64,000 nt of DNA from assembly GCA_002245135.1 (NCBI GenBank), contig NGBS01001186.1, positions 1 through 64,000 of the forward strand, given 5' to 3'. Below the pieces are notes generated by a model. It ran no database searches. It was not told where the DNA came from and worked only from the letters and a program-made list of their open reading frames with translations. The DNA is from Proteromonas lacertae (lineage: Eukaryota). The position numbers and the translations under genes are program-made. Shown in pieces: positions 15,201 to 27,605 of this stretch (position 1 is its first letter; each line of letters opens with the position of its first letter).

Positions 15201-15252
15201 GAAAGCGCTTCAGTTACAGAAAATGTTAGAACAATATGGTTATTTGAAATAA
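12218..15252 (+). CDS. Multi-exon coiled-coil protein of unknown function
   Basis: Continuous frame from MSLNASLRSSTLSRNS through eight short GT-AG introns, linking ORFs 12764, 13143 and 14548. Heptad-rich segments. Confidence 0.75.
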
Positions 15253-15351
15253 GCTTAATAAGAATAAAAACAATAGAAATATGTTAATTTTATTATTATT
15301 TATGTTGTTTATTAAAATTTATTACAAAAAAATATATGTAAATTACAATGG

Positions 15352-15847
15352 TTATGCTGGTGGTGGTGGAGGTGGTGCTTGATGTTCTTCTTTTGTTACT
15401 GGAGTTTTTTCAATTAAAGATTTGGGTGGAATATATTTCTGATAAACGATAAGTGTGCATTCCCTTCCTATTAATTTTTCATTATAATAAATTGAATATA
15501 CCTGGAGCAATAATAATTTCATTTTCTTTAGTTCTTAACCTAATTTTTTCCATTATATTCTTTAAAAATTATAATCAATAGAAATATACCTCTCCTGGTT
15601 CTAATAGATCTCCACAAGCTTTTTGAGCTTTCATTACAAGGTCTGACATAACAGCTGATACTTTAACAACTTCATTATATCCATCACCTTCAGTATCCCA
15701 CCCTTCCCATCTGATAGGAACACCTATAAAAAGTAAAAACTTCAAAATTATACCTTCAGAGTTTATAATAAGATAATTTGTAATGGATTTATTGGTTGTA
15801 ATATCTGCTAATGCTTGTTCTAACTCATTTGGTTCTCTAGCTGCCAT
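15352..15847 (-). CDS. DYNLRB: Dynein light chain roadblock/LC7
   Basis: ELEQALADI..YLIINSEGVPIR..LVMKAQKAC..IRLRTKENEIIIAPG..LIVYQ pattern. Three short introns and a Pro-rich C-terminal extension. Confidence 0.85.
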
Positions 15848-15951
15848 TCTAAACTCACAAAAAGAAACAGTTTGAAACGAATAAAAATATAAGCCTCACC
15901 TCAAAACCCGAAAACTACACCGAACATTACAATTTTTAAATATATTTTCAA

Positions 15952-18330
15952 ATGCAAGCACCTGTTTTGGTTTTAAGTATATATACATTTCTTAATTCAT
16001 TAAATATTTATGTTTTTGCATTGCTCCTATTATCTTTTGCTTCTTATACTTAATTTATCGTAGATCAAAAAACAAAGAGAGAAACTGGAAGAAATGCTCA
16101 AATTGGTAATATTAAAGCAGCTAGCGTATCTCATTTTTAAATTCACATATTATAGGCTGTTGCAGGCATTATTAAAACCACATTAGGTCCAAGATCAATG
16201 TTAAAGATGTTGTTAGATCCAATGGGAGGAATATTATTAACAAATGATGGAAATGCTATTCTTCGTGAAGTGGATGTTTCTCATCCAGCAGCAAAGAGTA
16301 TGATAGAGCTTAGTAGAGCACAAGATGAAGAAGTTGGTGATGGAACAACATCAGTTATAGTTTTAGCAGGTGAAATGCTTATAGTAGCCGAACCATTTGT
16401 AACAAAAAATATACATCCAATTATGATAGTTAGAGGATATTATCAAGCAATGGAAGAATGTTTACGTCAATTAGACAAATTAGCAATCCCAATAGATATC
16501 ACTAACGAAGAATTTATGATGAAATTAATCCAAACAACCGTTGGTACTAAATTTATAAGCAGATATGGTGATACAATGTGCAGATTTGCATTACAAGCTG
16601 TTAAGTATGTTTGTATAGATGATAACGGAAAGAAAGAGATTGATTTGAAAAGATATGCCAAAGTTGAAAAAGTATATAATATATATTATTATATATTACT
16701 CTTATTTATAATATGATGAAACTATCAAATATATATATCATTGTGTCTCTGAATACATCAGAATGCGGACACTATATTTATTCTGATTATATCTTTCTAT
16801 CTATATATATATCTTATAATTATTATTATTATTAAATGATGAATTGTTAAATACTTATCCATATCTCCTGAAATAAAAATGTTGTATTTATTAATTCTGA
16901 TTTATATCTTTTACTAAATGATATATATATATATAACCAAATGATGAATTTTTATTATCTAATCTCTGAAATATCAAATGTTGTGAATTAATTCTGATTC
17001 TTAATTATATATTATTATTATGTATTATTATATATATATAGGTACCTGGTGGTGAAATGAGTGAATGTATCGTATTAGACGGTGTAATGATTAACAAAGA
17101 TATAACTCACGCTAAGATGAGAAGAGTAATTAAGAATCCAAGGATATTATTGGTCGATTGTCCCTTAGAATATAAGAAAGGAGAAAGTGCAACAACTGTA
17201 GAGATCAGTCAAACTGAAGATTGGAATAAAATATTACAAATGGAAGAAGATTATGTGAAGAGTATGTGTGAAACTATAATCAAATTAAAACCAGATGTTA
17301 TTATCACTGAAAAAGGTGTATCTGATTTAGCCCAACATTACTTTGTTAAAGCAAATATTACTGCTATTAGAAGAGTAAGAAAGAGTGATAATAATCGTAT
17401 TGGTAGAGCATGTGGTGCTACTATTGTGCATCGTGTAGAAGAAGCTACAGAGTCTGATATTGGTACAGGATGTGGATTATTTGAAATTAAAAAGATTGGT
17501 GATGACTATTTCACATTTATTAGAGAATGTAAAGATCCAAAAGTATGTTATATATATATAACTATTATATCAATTCTTTTCCCCAATGAAGAAATAAGAT
17601 GACGAGTCTGATGTGATTATACATCCATTCAATTAAATCATTATAACTTAATATGAAGTTAATGAGGCATTTGTCCTAGGGAGATTTTATTTATTTATAA
17701 TATGATGAAACTATCAAATATATATATCATTGTGTCTCTGAATACATCAGAATGCGGACACTATATTTATTCTGATTATATCTTTCTATCTATATATATT
17801 TCTTATTATTATTATTATTATATATTTATATTTCCATATATATATAGGCTTGTACAATCTTATTAAGAGGTGGATCAAAAGATTCTTTAAATGAAGTAGA
17901 ACGAAATTTACAAGATGCTATGCAAGTAGTCCGAAATGTATTCTTCGATCCAAGATTATTACCAGGTGGTGGTGCTACAGAGATGTCCTTATCAGTCGCA
18001 ATAAAAGAACAAGCCAAGAAAATAGAAGGTGTAACAAAATGGCCTTATGAAGCTGTTGGTACTGCTTTGGAAGTTATACCAAGAACATTAGCCTTAAACT
18101 GTGGTGCTGATACTGTTAGAGTTATTACTGAATTAAGAGCAAAACATGCTGGTGGTGCTAATACTAATTTTGGTATTGATGGTATTAATGGATGCATTAA
18201 GGATATGACTGAATTAGGTATTTATGATAGTTATCAAGTTAAAGCTCAAACTATTAAAACTGCTATTGAAAGTGCCTGTATGCTTCTTCGTATTGATGAT
18301 ATTGTTTCTGGTATGAAAAATAAAAAGTAA
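15952..18330 (+). CDS. CCT3: T-complex protein 1 subunit gamma (chaperonin CCT3)
   Basis: MQAPVLVL..LGPRSMLKMLLDPMGG, GDGTTSV, DLKRYAKVEK|VPGG, LLRIDDIVSG. Introns include 16672-17041 and 17543-17847. Confidence 0.97.
16708..16791 (+). ncRNA. Intronic box C/D snoRNA candidate A1
   Basis: Box C ATGATGA at 16713, box D CTGA at 16783, short terminal stem, internal GTGTC-TCTGA..TCAGA..GACAC hairpin. An identical copy lies in the next intron. Confidence 0.75.
16832..16904 (+). ncRNA. Intronic box C/D snoRNA candidate B
   Basis: Box C ATGATGA 16836, D' CTGA 16868, D CTGA 16897, terminal taaa/ttta stem. Confidence 0.7.
16938..17000 (+). ncRNA. Intronic box C/D snoRNA candidate C
   Basis: Box C ATGATGA 16941, D' CTGA 16966, D CTGA 16994. 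Same layout as B. Confidence 0.65.
17579..17683 (+). ncRNA. SNORD15: SNORD15/U15-like box C/D snoRNA
   Basis: Box C ATGAAGA 17586. Guide AGATGACGAG followed by T and D' CTGA (17597-17611). Second guide GAGGCATTTG (17664-17673). Both are antisense to the conserved LSU rRNA segment CAAATGCCTCGTCATCT. TCCC/GGGA terminal stem. The box D position reads CCTA. Confidence 0.85.
17697..17780 (+). ncRNA. Intronic box C/D snoRNA candidate A2 (identical to A1)
   Basis: Box C 17702, box D 17772. Lies within a 109 bp exact repeat (16702-16810 = 17691-17799). Confidence 0.75.
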
Positions 18331-18472
18331 ATATTATGCTTATATAATAATAAACTTATTTTTTAGATGTATTTTCTCTGTTAAAACCATCCAATAACTA
18401 TAAAATTGTTTTTTTTCAAAATAAAATATAAATTTATCCGTTTTATTTAAAAACCGTTTTGTTTTTATAGTT

Positions 18473-20032
18473 ATGCCAAAAGTAACAGACGAGAAGATCA
18501 AATTCTATTCTACTGATATAAATCTTGGTCATGAAGGTGTAAACTATCTATCAGAGAATCATGAAGAATATAAAGAGTATCCATTAGAAAGAAAGATGAC
18601 CAAAGAAGAGAGAATGGACACACTCAGAGATTTAAGAGGTACTCACTTTAGATTAGGAAATGATGCAACAGATGATAATTATCGTTCAACAGCACAGGAT
18701 GTATATATTTTATTGATTTTTATATTATTCTAGTGGGGTAGCACAGTTAAAGGAGTTAATCCAGTCACATTAAATGAAGAAAAACTACACGATTTAAGAA
18801 GAACTCATTTTTCTTTAGGTAATGAGGCAGACACATTTGAAAGTGAAGCAACACGAAGTTATAAAGCTCCTAAAGTAAAAGGTAGAGGTGATTTAGAAGA
18901 AGGGCTGTTGCATGATCTTAGAAGAGAGCATTTTGTATTAGGTTCAGATGCTAAGATGTATGAAACAACCCAACAAGCAGCACATGTCAAATATACTCCA
19001 GATGAAGTAGATGAAGATGCAAAACGAGAATTACTTCGAGATCTTCGAGCTTGTCATTTTAAATTAGGTTCAGAAGGTAAGCATTATACTACAACTAATT
19101 TTATGCCAAAATATCCAGGATGGCATCCACCAGAACATTTGGATTTGCAGTTACGTCAATCACACTGGGGATTAGGTGATGAGGGATTAAACTACAAAAC
19201 AGAAACCATGGATATGTCCAATAATTTGCCAAAGAAGGGAGAATTACTAGATAGTGTCACAAGACAAAGAGATGAGGTAGATGAGCATAGAATAGGTGTA
19301 CAACATACAATATACAAAGAACCACCACCAGTAGCAAAAGTATCAATAAATATAGGTACAGATAGAGTAAAATACCTTAGTGAGACACATGAAGAATTTA
19401 AACCCATGCCTGCTGGTTATAAAGTAGCGAGAAATCCAAAATTATGGAATACACATTGGAAAATAGGTGATTGTAATTTAGATTATACTACAGAAGGCCA
19501 TCAACCTGATCATTTCAAAAATGGCTTTGAACCAAGTGAATTTAATGAAGAAAAAGCTGCAGATCTACGTAGAGTGCATTATAGTTTAGGTGATGAAGGT
19601 GCAAATTTCAAAACAACCTACGGTGATGCATTTGTAGATAAAGGTGTTACATTTAAACCACCACGTGATCCAAATCTACAGAAGACACATTTTGAATTAG
19701 GAACTGAAGGATTTAAGCCAATGACAATGACACAATCACAATTTACTGATACAGGTAAAAGAGTAGTAGATCCAAAAGAAGTAGAGCAACAAAAAGCTAT
19801 ATTAAAAGATTTAAGATCAACACACTTCGCTTTAGGCAATGAAGGAACTAATTACACAACAACTGGTCATTTCGATGATCCTTATAAAGGTACAGGATAT
19901 AAATATCAGAAACAAGATCCTTCAATGAAATTGTGGGGTACTCACTTCCAATTGGGCAATGATGGAATGAGAAAGATGACAACAGCTAGAGAACAACAGT
20001 TATTCTTAAGAAGACCCATTGAATCTAGGTAA
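18473..20032 (+). CDS. Repeat protein (DLRxTHFxLG..YxTT), SAXO5/TEX45-like axonemal microtubule inner protein candidate
   Basis: About 10 full copies of HF/WxLG followed by Y/FxTT or Y/FxSE motifs, plus partial copies. One intron at 18701-18733. Confidence 0.65.
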
Positions 20033-20195
20033 ATTAATATTTTATTATTATATAAATAAATATCTATTTTTTGTGAAGTTTTTGAATAATGTAAAATATA
20101 AAAAAAAAAAGAAATGGTATTTTTGATATCATTGAAAAAATATTATCATTATTTAATATTATAGAATTATATCAATTATACACTTTCATCTTCTA

Positions 20196-22643
20196 TTAAA
20201 ATTCTATATTATGTTTTTCTAACGAATTCAAATAATTTATTAACATATTAGATCCATCAATACCAATTGGATTATCTATTAAACAAACAACATATGTAGT
20301 TTAAAATACCATGAATATCCAATTCTTTAATAATATCATTATCTTTCATATATTTCATCAAATATTCTATGCCTATTGAATTGACATTATTACCACTTAC
20401 AATAAGCCAAATCTTTTCATTGATGTTTTTTAAACCATCAATTAAATACCTTAATCCTATAGAAGATAATCCCATCTCTATTTTATATTACAAAAATGTA
20501 ATCATACTTGAACAATTAACTAAAATACGATCATATTTTAATAACTGTAAATGTGGAGATAATGTTTTCATTCCTTCATCTCCTATTTCATTTCCATATA
20601 ATTCAAGATATTTAATGTTTGCTAAAGAAGATAGATTGTTTATCAATAATTCAACGCTTTTGTGAGTTAGTTTATTATCTAGACATCATAAAAATAAAAT
20701 ATACTACTCAAATCTAACATTTCTATCTCTCTTAATTCATTTAATCTCAATGATATGATTGATTTGAGAATATAATCATCAATTCCAAAATTATTCAAAT
20801 ATAAAGAACTATTTTTTATTTTGATATATTTAATAAATTCTGGCATGTCTTTATCAATCAATAATTCTATAGTTTTATTAGAATCAAATATAATTATTGA
20901 ATTAGTCAATTTGGAGAATAAAGCTTTTATTCCTTTTGAATGAATATTATCATTCTCTCTAATAATTATGTTCTCTAAATTTGGATATTTATTCAATTCT
21001 TCTGATAATAATATCATTGATTCATCATTTAAATTCATCCCACTAATATTTAATACATTATAACTATCAATTAATAAATGTAAATGTGTTAATAGTAGCT
21101 TGAAGCCTTTTGGACCAATTGGATTAACTATTTCAAAGAATATTAAACTTAGAATAATAAATACATTGTAGATTTATATGTTTTAATTTCATCATGAATG
21201 GAATTGATTTCACAAATGATTCAATGAAATAAGAAGTAAGATTACTATAAGATAAATATAATTTCTCTAGATTTGATAATTGATAAAATAATGATCCAAA
21301 TAAAGACTGATAATAGATAGGAATGTTTAAAACTAAATAAATGTAAATGATTAAAATTATACGAAACGATAGCAATGTTAGATTGATTGGTTTTATTATT
21401 TTTAAGATAAATTTTATTCCTTCTTCACATAAACAACAGCAATTTGAAAAAATACTCATCTTACTTGAATAACCAGTACTTTTAAATATCATTTCATCTA
21501 AATAACACTCTCTTCTTTCTTGACACTTATGTTGCATTTGAAATTTCAGTTTATATGTTATTAGTTTATCTTTATTGTATAATTTCATCATCAATAATAT
21601 TGATAGTTTTCTTTCATTTGGTTTGCTATTGTATGATTCCATCAATATATCTAGAATTTCTTCCCATTTTTCACTTTGAAGATAATATGCTAATGAGTAG
21701 TTTATTGGAAGTATTATAATATATTTATCATTGTCATACAACATTTCTTTTCTTTCAGACAATATCACTAAATTATCTTCTTTATCTCTCATTGTTTCAC
21801 TCATTTTTATCACTTCTTTTTTCAACTCTCTTAAATTTAATCTATTTTCATTTTTCACTTTCAACATTCTTTCTATCAACTCTTTCATTTCATTATCACA
21901 TTCTACATCTAAATTGTATTTACATCTCATGACATTATTAACTGTTCTTTTGATATTATCATCTTCATTAAATGGTAATTTCTTACAAATCATTTCATAT
22001 AATATACAACCCATTGACCAAATTACACTTTTATCATTACATTCTAATCCATTCAACTCTTCTGGGCTTTTGAAGCATATATCATATAAACTCACTTCTT
22101 CTTTTTTTCTCAATACATTCAAACATAAATCACATAGCTTTATTTCACCATTTTCATCATATATCACATTACTACTTTTCAAATTACTTACTATTATATC
22201 ATATTCATTCAATATCATCATAATATCACATATTAAACATATTATTTCGAAAATATAATCATTTGATAGGGATTTACTTTGGATTTTCTCTTCTAAATCT
22301 CTCATATAATAGCTTCTATGTAATGTAATCATATTACACCCGAACATCTGCATTTTAGAGAAGATAATGCAAAATGAACAACAATTTAACAACAACGAGT
22401 TATTCTCATTTAATTTTAATATATTTTTTTCTTTTATTCCACTAACATCTAGGATTTTTACCATTCCAATCTTTCTTTCATGTTCTACAACCAAATCTAC
22501 TTCATTTTTACTCTTTTCTTCTCTCTTTTTTATCTACAAATATATTTTAAATACTGTACTTTGGAATTAAGTGGTAATACTGAGAGTAATGCTTCATCTG
22601 TTTGAGATTTTAAGCAAAACATTTTCAAGCTTAAGTTTGACAT
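20196..22643 (-). CDS. Pseudokinase + LRR gene, copy 2 (open frame, shorter LRR tail)
   Basis: ATG at 22643 with the same first-intron position as copies 1 and 3. SNLKSSNV, KLCDLC, FKSPEEL, WSMGCIL, then LRR exons. Stops at 20196, earlier than copies 1 and 3. Confidence 0.75.
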
Positions 22644-22760
22644 TTTAAAATATCTATTCGTTTCAGATGATGTAAAATGAAAATGTCAGAAGTGGTAATT
22701 GTTACATTCGCTCCAAAACTCTTTTTTTGATTTATTTAAATATAAACATCTATTATTAAT

Positions 22761-25381
22761 ATGGAAATTGCTGATTTGAAACAAAAATGTGAAATATATT
22801 TTGATGGAATCGGTATTCTCAGTTTATTTATTGTTCTTTAGATTATCATTTGTTACTAAGCGGTTTGAGACAAAATGTATCACTTCATCCGTATCAAGTT
22901 GAAGGATGTAAGTGGTTTAATATGCTTTATATGAAGGTATAGTTTATATTTCACAAATATCATAGCATTCCGGAGGAATACTTGCGGATGAAATGGGTTT
23001 AGGTAAGACATTCCAATCACTTGCTTTTATAAGTGAATTAATAACAAATGGTATTTTTTGTATTATTCAAAATTAGGAGTGAAAGATCCAATTTTAATCA
23101 TATCTCCATTATCAGTAGTGTCGCATTGGGCAAACGAAATTGATAAATACACTACAAATATCAACTATATAACATATTTCGGTAATTTTGAAGAAAGAGT
23201 TAAATTTCAAAACAAATGGAAAGATCTCGTCAATAATAACCCAACAGCTCCTGTATTAATAGTATCATATGAATTGATATTGAAAGATGATGATTTTTTT
23301 AAGCATTTCAAATATAGTACAATAATCATCGATGAAGGTCATAGATTAAAAAGTTCTTCATCAAAGCTGTATCAATATTTATATAATGAAATAAACACTA
23401 ATGCAATATATCTATTAACAGGCACTCCAATTCAGAATAATATGTTGGAATTATTTACATTATTGAGTTTAATAAACAAAGAATATTTCAACAATGAAAA
23501 AGAATTTTTGGATTATTTCTATAGGAATAATGAACTATGTAATAGAGATGATTTGCAGATAATATTAAAACCATTTCTATTACGTCGAACAAAGTCATCT
23601 GTTTCATTAAACTTACCGCCACTTGAAGAGAAAGTATTATATATTCCAATGTCACCATTACAGAAACAGTATTATAAATGGGTTTTAGAAAAGAATTTTG
23701 ATGAATTAGGAAAAGATAATAGTAGAAAATTATCGAATGTAGTTCAACAGTTATGTAAAGCATGTAATCATCCATATTTATTTGATGGAGCAGAAGAAGA
23801 ACCATTTGAAGAAGGAGATCATTTATGGAAGAATTCTGGAAAAGTATTTTTTATTAATAATTATGAATATTATAAATGTATAGTTATTTGTATTGAATTT
23901 GTTATTTGAACAATTATTCAAAGAAGGCCATATAGTATTATTCTTTTCAGGAAGTACACAGATGTTAGACATAATGCAAGATTATTTGAGTTATAAACAT
24001 TATAAATATGAAAGAATAGATGGATCAGTAAGAGCTGATGAAAGATGGTTATGTTTAGATCGTTTTAGTAAATGTGAATGTGAAGTATTCTTATTATCAA
24101 CAAGAGCAGCTGGTGTTGGTTTGAATTTAATCGCTGCTGATACAGTTATATTATACGATTCAAGTTGGAATCCTCAATGGGATTTACAAGCCATATCTCG
24201 AGCTCATAGACAAGGTCAGACAAAACCAGTGACAGTATATCGATTATTAATGGAACATACCATTGAAGAGATAATATATAGACGAAGTCAAAAGAAATTG
24301 AAATTGAGTAATGATATAATGGAAATGAGTAGTGTGAATGATGAGAAAGATAATATTGATAAAGAAGGAAGTAATATATTGAAACAATGTTTATTATATG
24401 GATTGAGTCACAATTTAGATGATGGTGGAGATGATTATTTGGGTGATGAAAAAGTGGTGAAATTATTAGATTCAGCTAAAACGATAAAGGAAAATGAAGA
24501 GAATGAAGATAAAAGTGAAAATAAAGAAGATGAGAATGAAGATAATTTATATTATTACGAAGGATGTGATTATACTGTAATTAGAAAAGAGAAAGAAAAT
24601 GATGAAAATGCCTTATTAAAACTAAAATCAATCCCTTCAAAAATCAAAGAAAAGAAAGTGAGTCAATTATTATATGATGATGATACTTCTGAATTGCAAG
24701 GTAAAAAACCAAAAATACCAAAGAAAGAAAGGTTTAAATCATTATGGGAAAAGAATAATTATATAAGTCGAGTATTAGAACTACCAGATGATGAAATACT
24801 AAATGAAATATCGAAAAAATATAAAGCAAAAGTTGAAGAAAATGAAGAGTTGAGAAGTAGTATAAATGTATATATAAATATATATTTATATATATAATTA
24901 GTATGTAAGAGGAAGTGTTCTTCAACCGCAATATGTTAGTGATCATAATAATTATGTTATAATACATTGTGTAGATAGTAGTGGTAATTGGATAAATCGT
25001 GGTTTATTCAAAGATATAAGTGAAATAACAAAGAATGCAGAATATATATATGAAAGTGCTAAACAGAATCATGATCTAACTTTAGGAACAGTTCATTTAT
25101 TACCATTAAATATAAATAATCCAAACTATCGATTATATATTGGTTTAATAGTAGTTTTATCCAAATCTTCAACAACCAATCAAAGAATAGTGAATATGAA
25201 TGCACTGACAATGTGTTTACAGTCATTAACATTATGTTGTAATAGAATCAATGCGACATTACATTGTCCTAGAATTGGATATAATACAGAAGGATATGAT
25301 TGGTATAAAATCGAAAGATTAATAAAACGTAATTGTGTAGAATATGGAGTTTGTTGTTATATATACTATTATTCTCATCAA

Positions 25382-25412
<31 letters not shown>

Positions 25413-25977
25413 GCACTATAACAGATCCTGAATTGAATGGTTATTTATATTGTAATTTGAAGAGTAAAGAAGATTGGATAAAATATGGTGAAGAGAATAA
25501 CATAGTAAAAAGCTTTCCTCAATGGAGAGAGAATGTATATATAAGACTATTTATTATAAAATAGATTGATTTCATATGTAGTCAAAGTGTTGATGATTTG
25601 AAAAATGCAATAGAAGGAATGAAACAACAAATATATAACAGTCCTTCAGATAATATTAAATCAATGGAGTTTTTTATTCATTTTATGAAATATCGAATTG
25701 ATATGATGGAAAAGATCATAGATAATCCTACTAGTAAGGAAGACTGGATAAGTAATGGTGAATGTAAGAATATAATAAAATACTTTCCAAATTATAAAGA
25801 TAATGTATAGTTGTTATTAATATCTATAAATAGATCGAATTTCTTTTTACTCAATCTTTGGATGAATTGAATGAATCGTATGAATTAATGGAAGAACAAG
25901 TTAAAGCTGATTCAAACAATTATGGAGCTAAGTTCTTTATGGATTTAATAAACTATCTGAAAAACAAATCTAGATAA
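22761..25977 (+). CDS. CHD1L: SNF2-family remodeler with macrodomain (ALC1)
   Basis: GGILADEMGLGKT, IIDEGHRLK, LLSTRAAGVGLNL, QAISRAHRQGQ. Macrodomain motifs IIHCVDSSGNW..GLF and LHCPRIGYNTEGYDWYKIERLI. Confidence 0.92.
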
Positions 25978-26076
25978 AAAATAAATATATGATATAATAT
26001 TTTGTGTTTTATTTGAATGAAAAAACAAAAAAAAGTGATTATGAAACGGTCAAAATTTCATAAACACATAAAAAAC

Positions 26077-27214
26077 ATGCCAAAATGCGAAACTGTATTT
26101 ATTGAGCCAAGTATTAACGTATAATATGAGAGTATATGTGTGATAGATGGATTCTCTGGAGATATTAGGCCCTCCTGAAAAGTGGATTTCAAATGACAAA
26201 TGTATTTATAGGTATTTATGATGTATTTGTAGGTGATAGATGCATGATATGCTTAAAACAATTTAATATAGCCTTTCGAAAGCATCATTGTCGAGTATTG
26301 GTTAATTTAGCTATATATATTAGCAATGTGGTAAAGTAGTATGTAATAATTGTTCTAGAAGTAAAAGACATATAATCGGTTATGTAAATGCAGAGAGAGT
26401 ATGTGATAATTGCATAAAAATGTTTGAAGATTTAGTATCAACTGCTTTAAAACGAAAGTGTATGATAATATATGAATATATGCAGTTATTAATTATAATA
26501 GCCAAACAATATGAAAAGAAACATAGTCAGTCAATGAGTTTTGATTCAAATACATCCAATAATATCACAAATAAAAACAATTCAATAGTTCGACCAATTC
26601 AAAGTGATCCAAATCTGAAATCTAGAATGTGTATGTTTAATAGTTATAGTGATATTAATTTAAATCATTATTATGATAATAATAGTTGTGATCAATCTTC
26701 AAGTGATAGTATATTCATTGATTCATCTTCTGATATAAAAAATAATTTGTATAATAGTAATGATTATAATGACAATAATGAAACTGATTCTAAACCGCTT
26801 GCTGTGTCTGAAGTATTAGAAGAACATCAAAAGGAAGAAAATAAAGAGGAAAATGGAGAAAAGAATGAAATATTATACAAACAACCAAATGAAGAATCTC
26901 AATCACATTTTTCACAAAATATAGTGTATGACAAAATTACACAAATAATAAATGAAAGTGAAGAAGATAATAACCAAGAATTATCATTATTAGAATCAGA
27001 ACATAATAAATCAGAAAATGATTTCAAATTAAGTTGTTTGCAAGAATCAATTGTTTCATTATCAAAAGAAGTTTCACAAATAAAAGAAAGATTAGATATT
27101 ATGAATGAAAATATGAAATATAATGAAATGCCCAGTAAATTCAATACAATTATAACAATGACCAATTTTTTGGTTTTAATTGTAATAACAATAATATCTT
27201 ATTTTTTTAAATAA
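26077..27214 (+). CDS. FYVE zinc-finger protein with coiled coil and C-terminal TM anchor
   Basis: Spliced sequence WISNDKCDRCMIC..FRKHHCRQCGKVVCNNCS..RVCDNC. Hydrophobic C-terminus FLVLIVITIISYFFK. Confidence 0.88.
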
Positions 27215-27605
27215 TAAATGAAACTAGGGTTGTATGAAACGATTCATAACCGAAAGGTTGGTGAGTAACATAAACACAATATTAAGCTGTATATGTCGTT
27301 CAAAAATAACTAATTTGACCAGAGGTCAATGCATTTTTACTATTCTTATCATTTGATTATATACTTACCACTGAGTAAAACAATCAAGTTAAAAAATCAC
27401 TATAATTGAACGTTCAATATCAATGTTGAGAGAAATAATAATAATATGTTAAGATAACACTATCAAAATATTTATGTTATTTTTTCTATATAAAGTTGTT
27501 TTTCAAGTGTCAATAAACATGAATATAATAAACAAATATTGTGTAAGAATGATTTCTGTGTATGTAAATAAAAATTTCATAAATGAAACGACTCAATATT
27601 TTGAA

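Noticed and set aside
27229..27262. U6atac snRNA (GTTGTATGAAA resembles its 5' end as I recall it)
   Set aside because: The AAGGAGA box and AGC catalytic triad are missing.
27328..27345. U5 loop I-like GCATTTTTACT
   Set aside because: Differs from the invariant GCCTTTTAC and lacks the long flanking stem.
27361..27369. U1 snRNA 5' end ATACTTACC
   Set aside because: Not followed by TG, the U1 stem-loops or a correctly placed Sm site.
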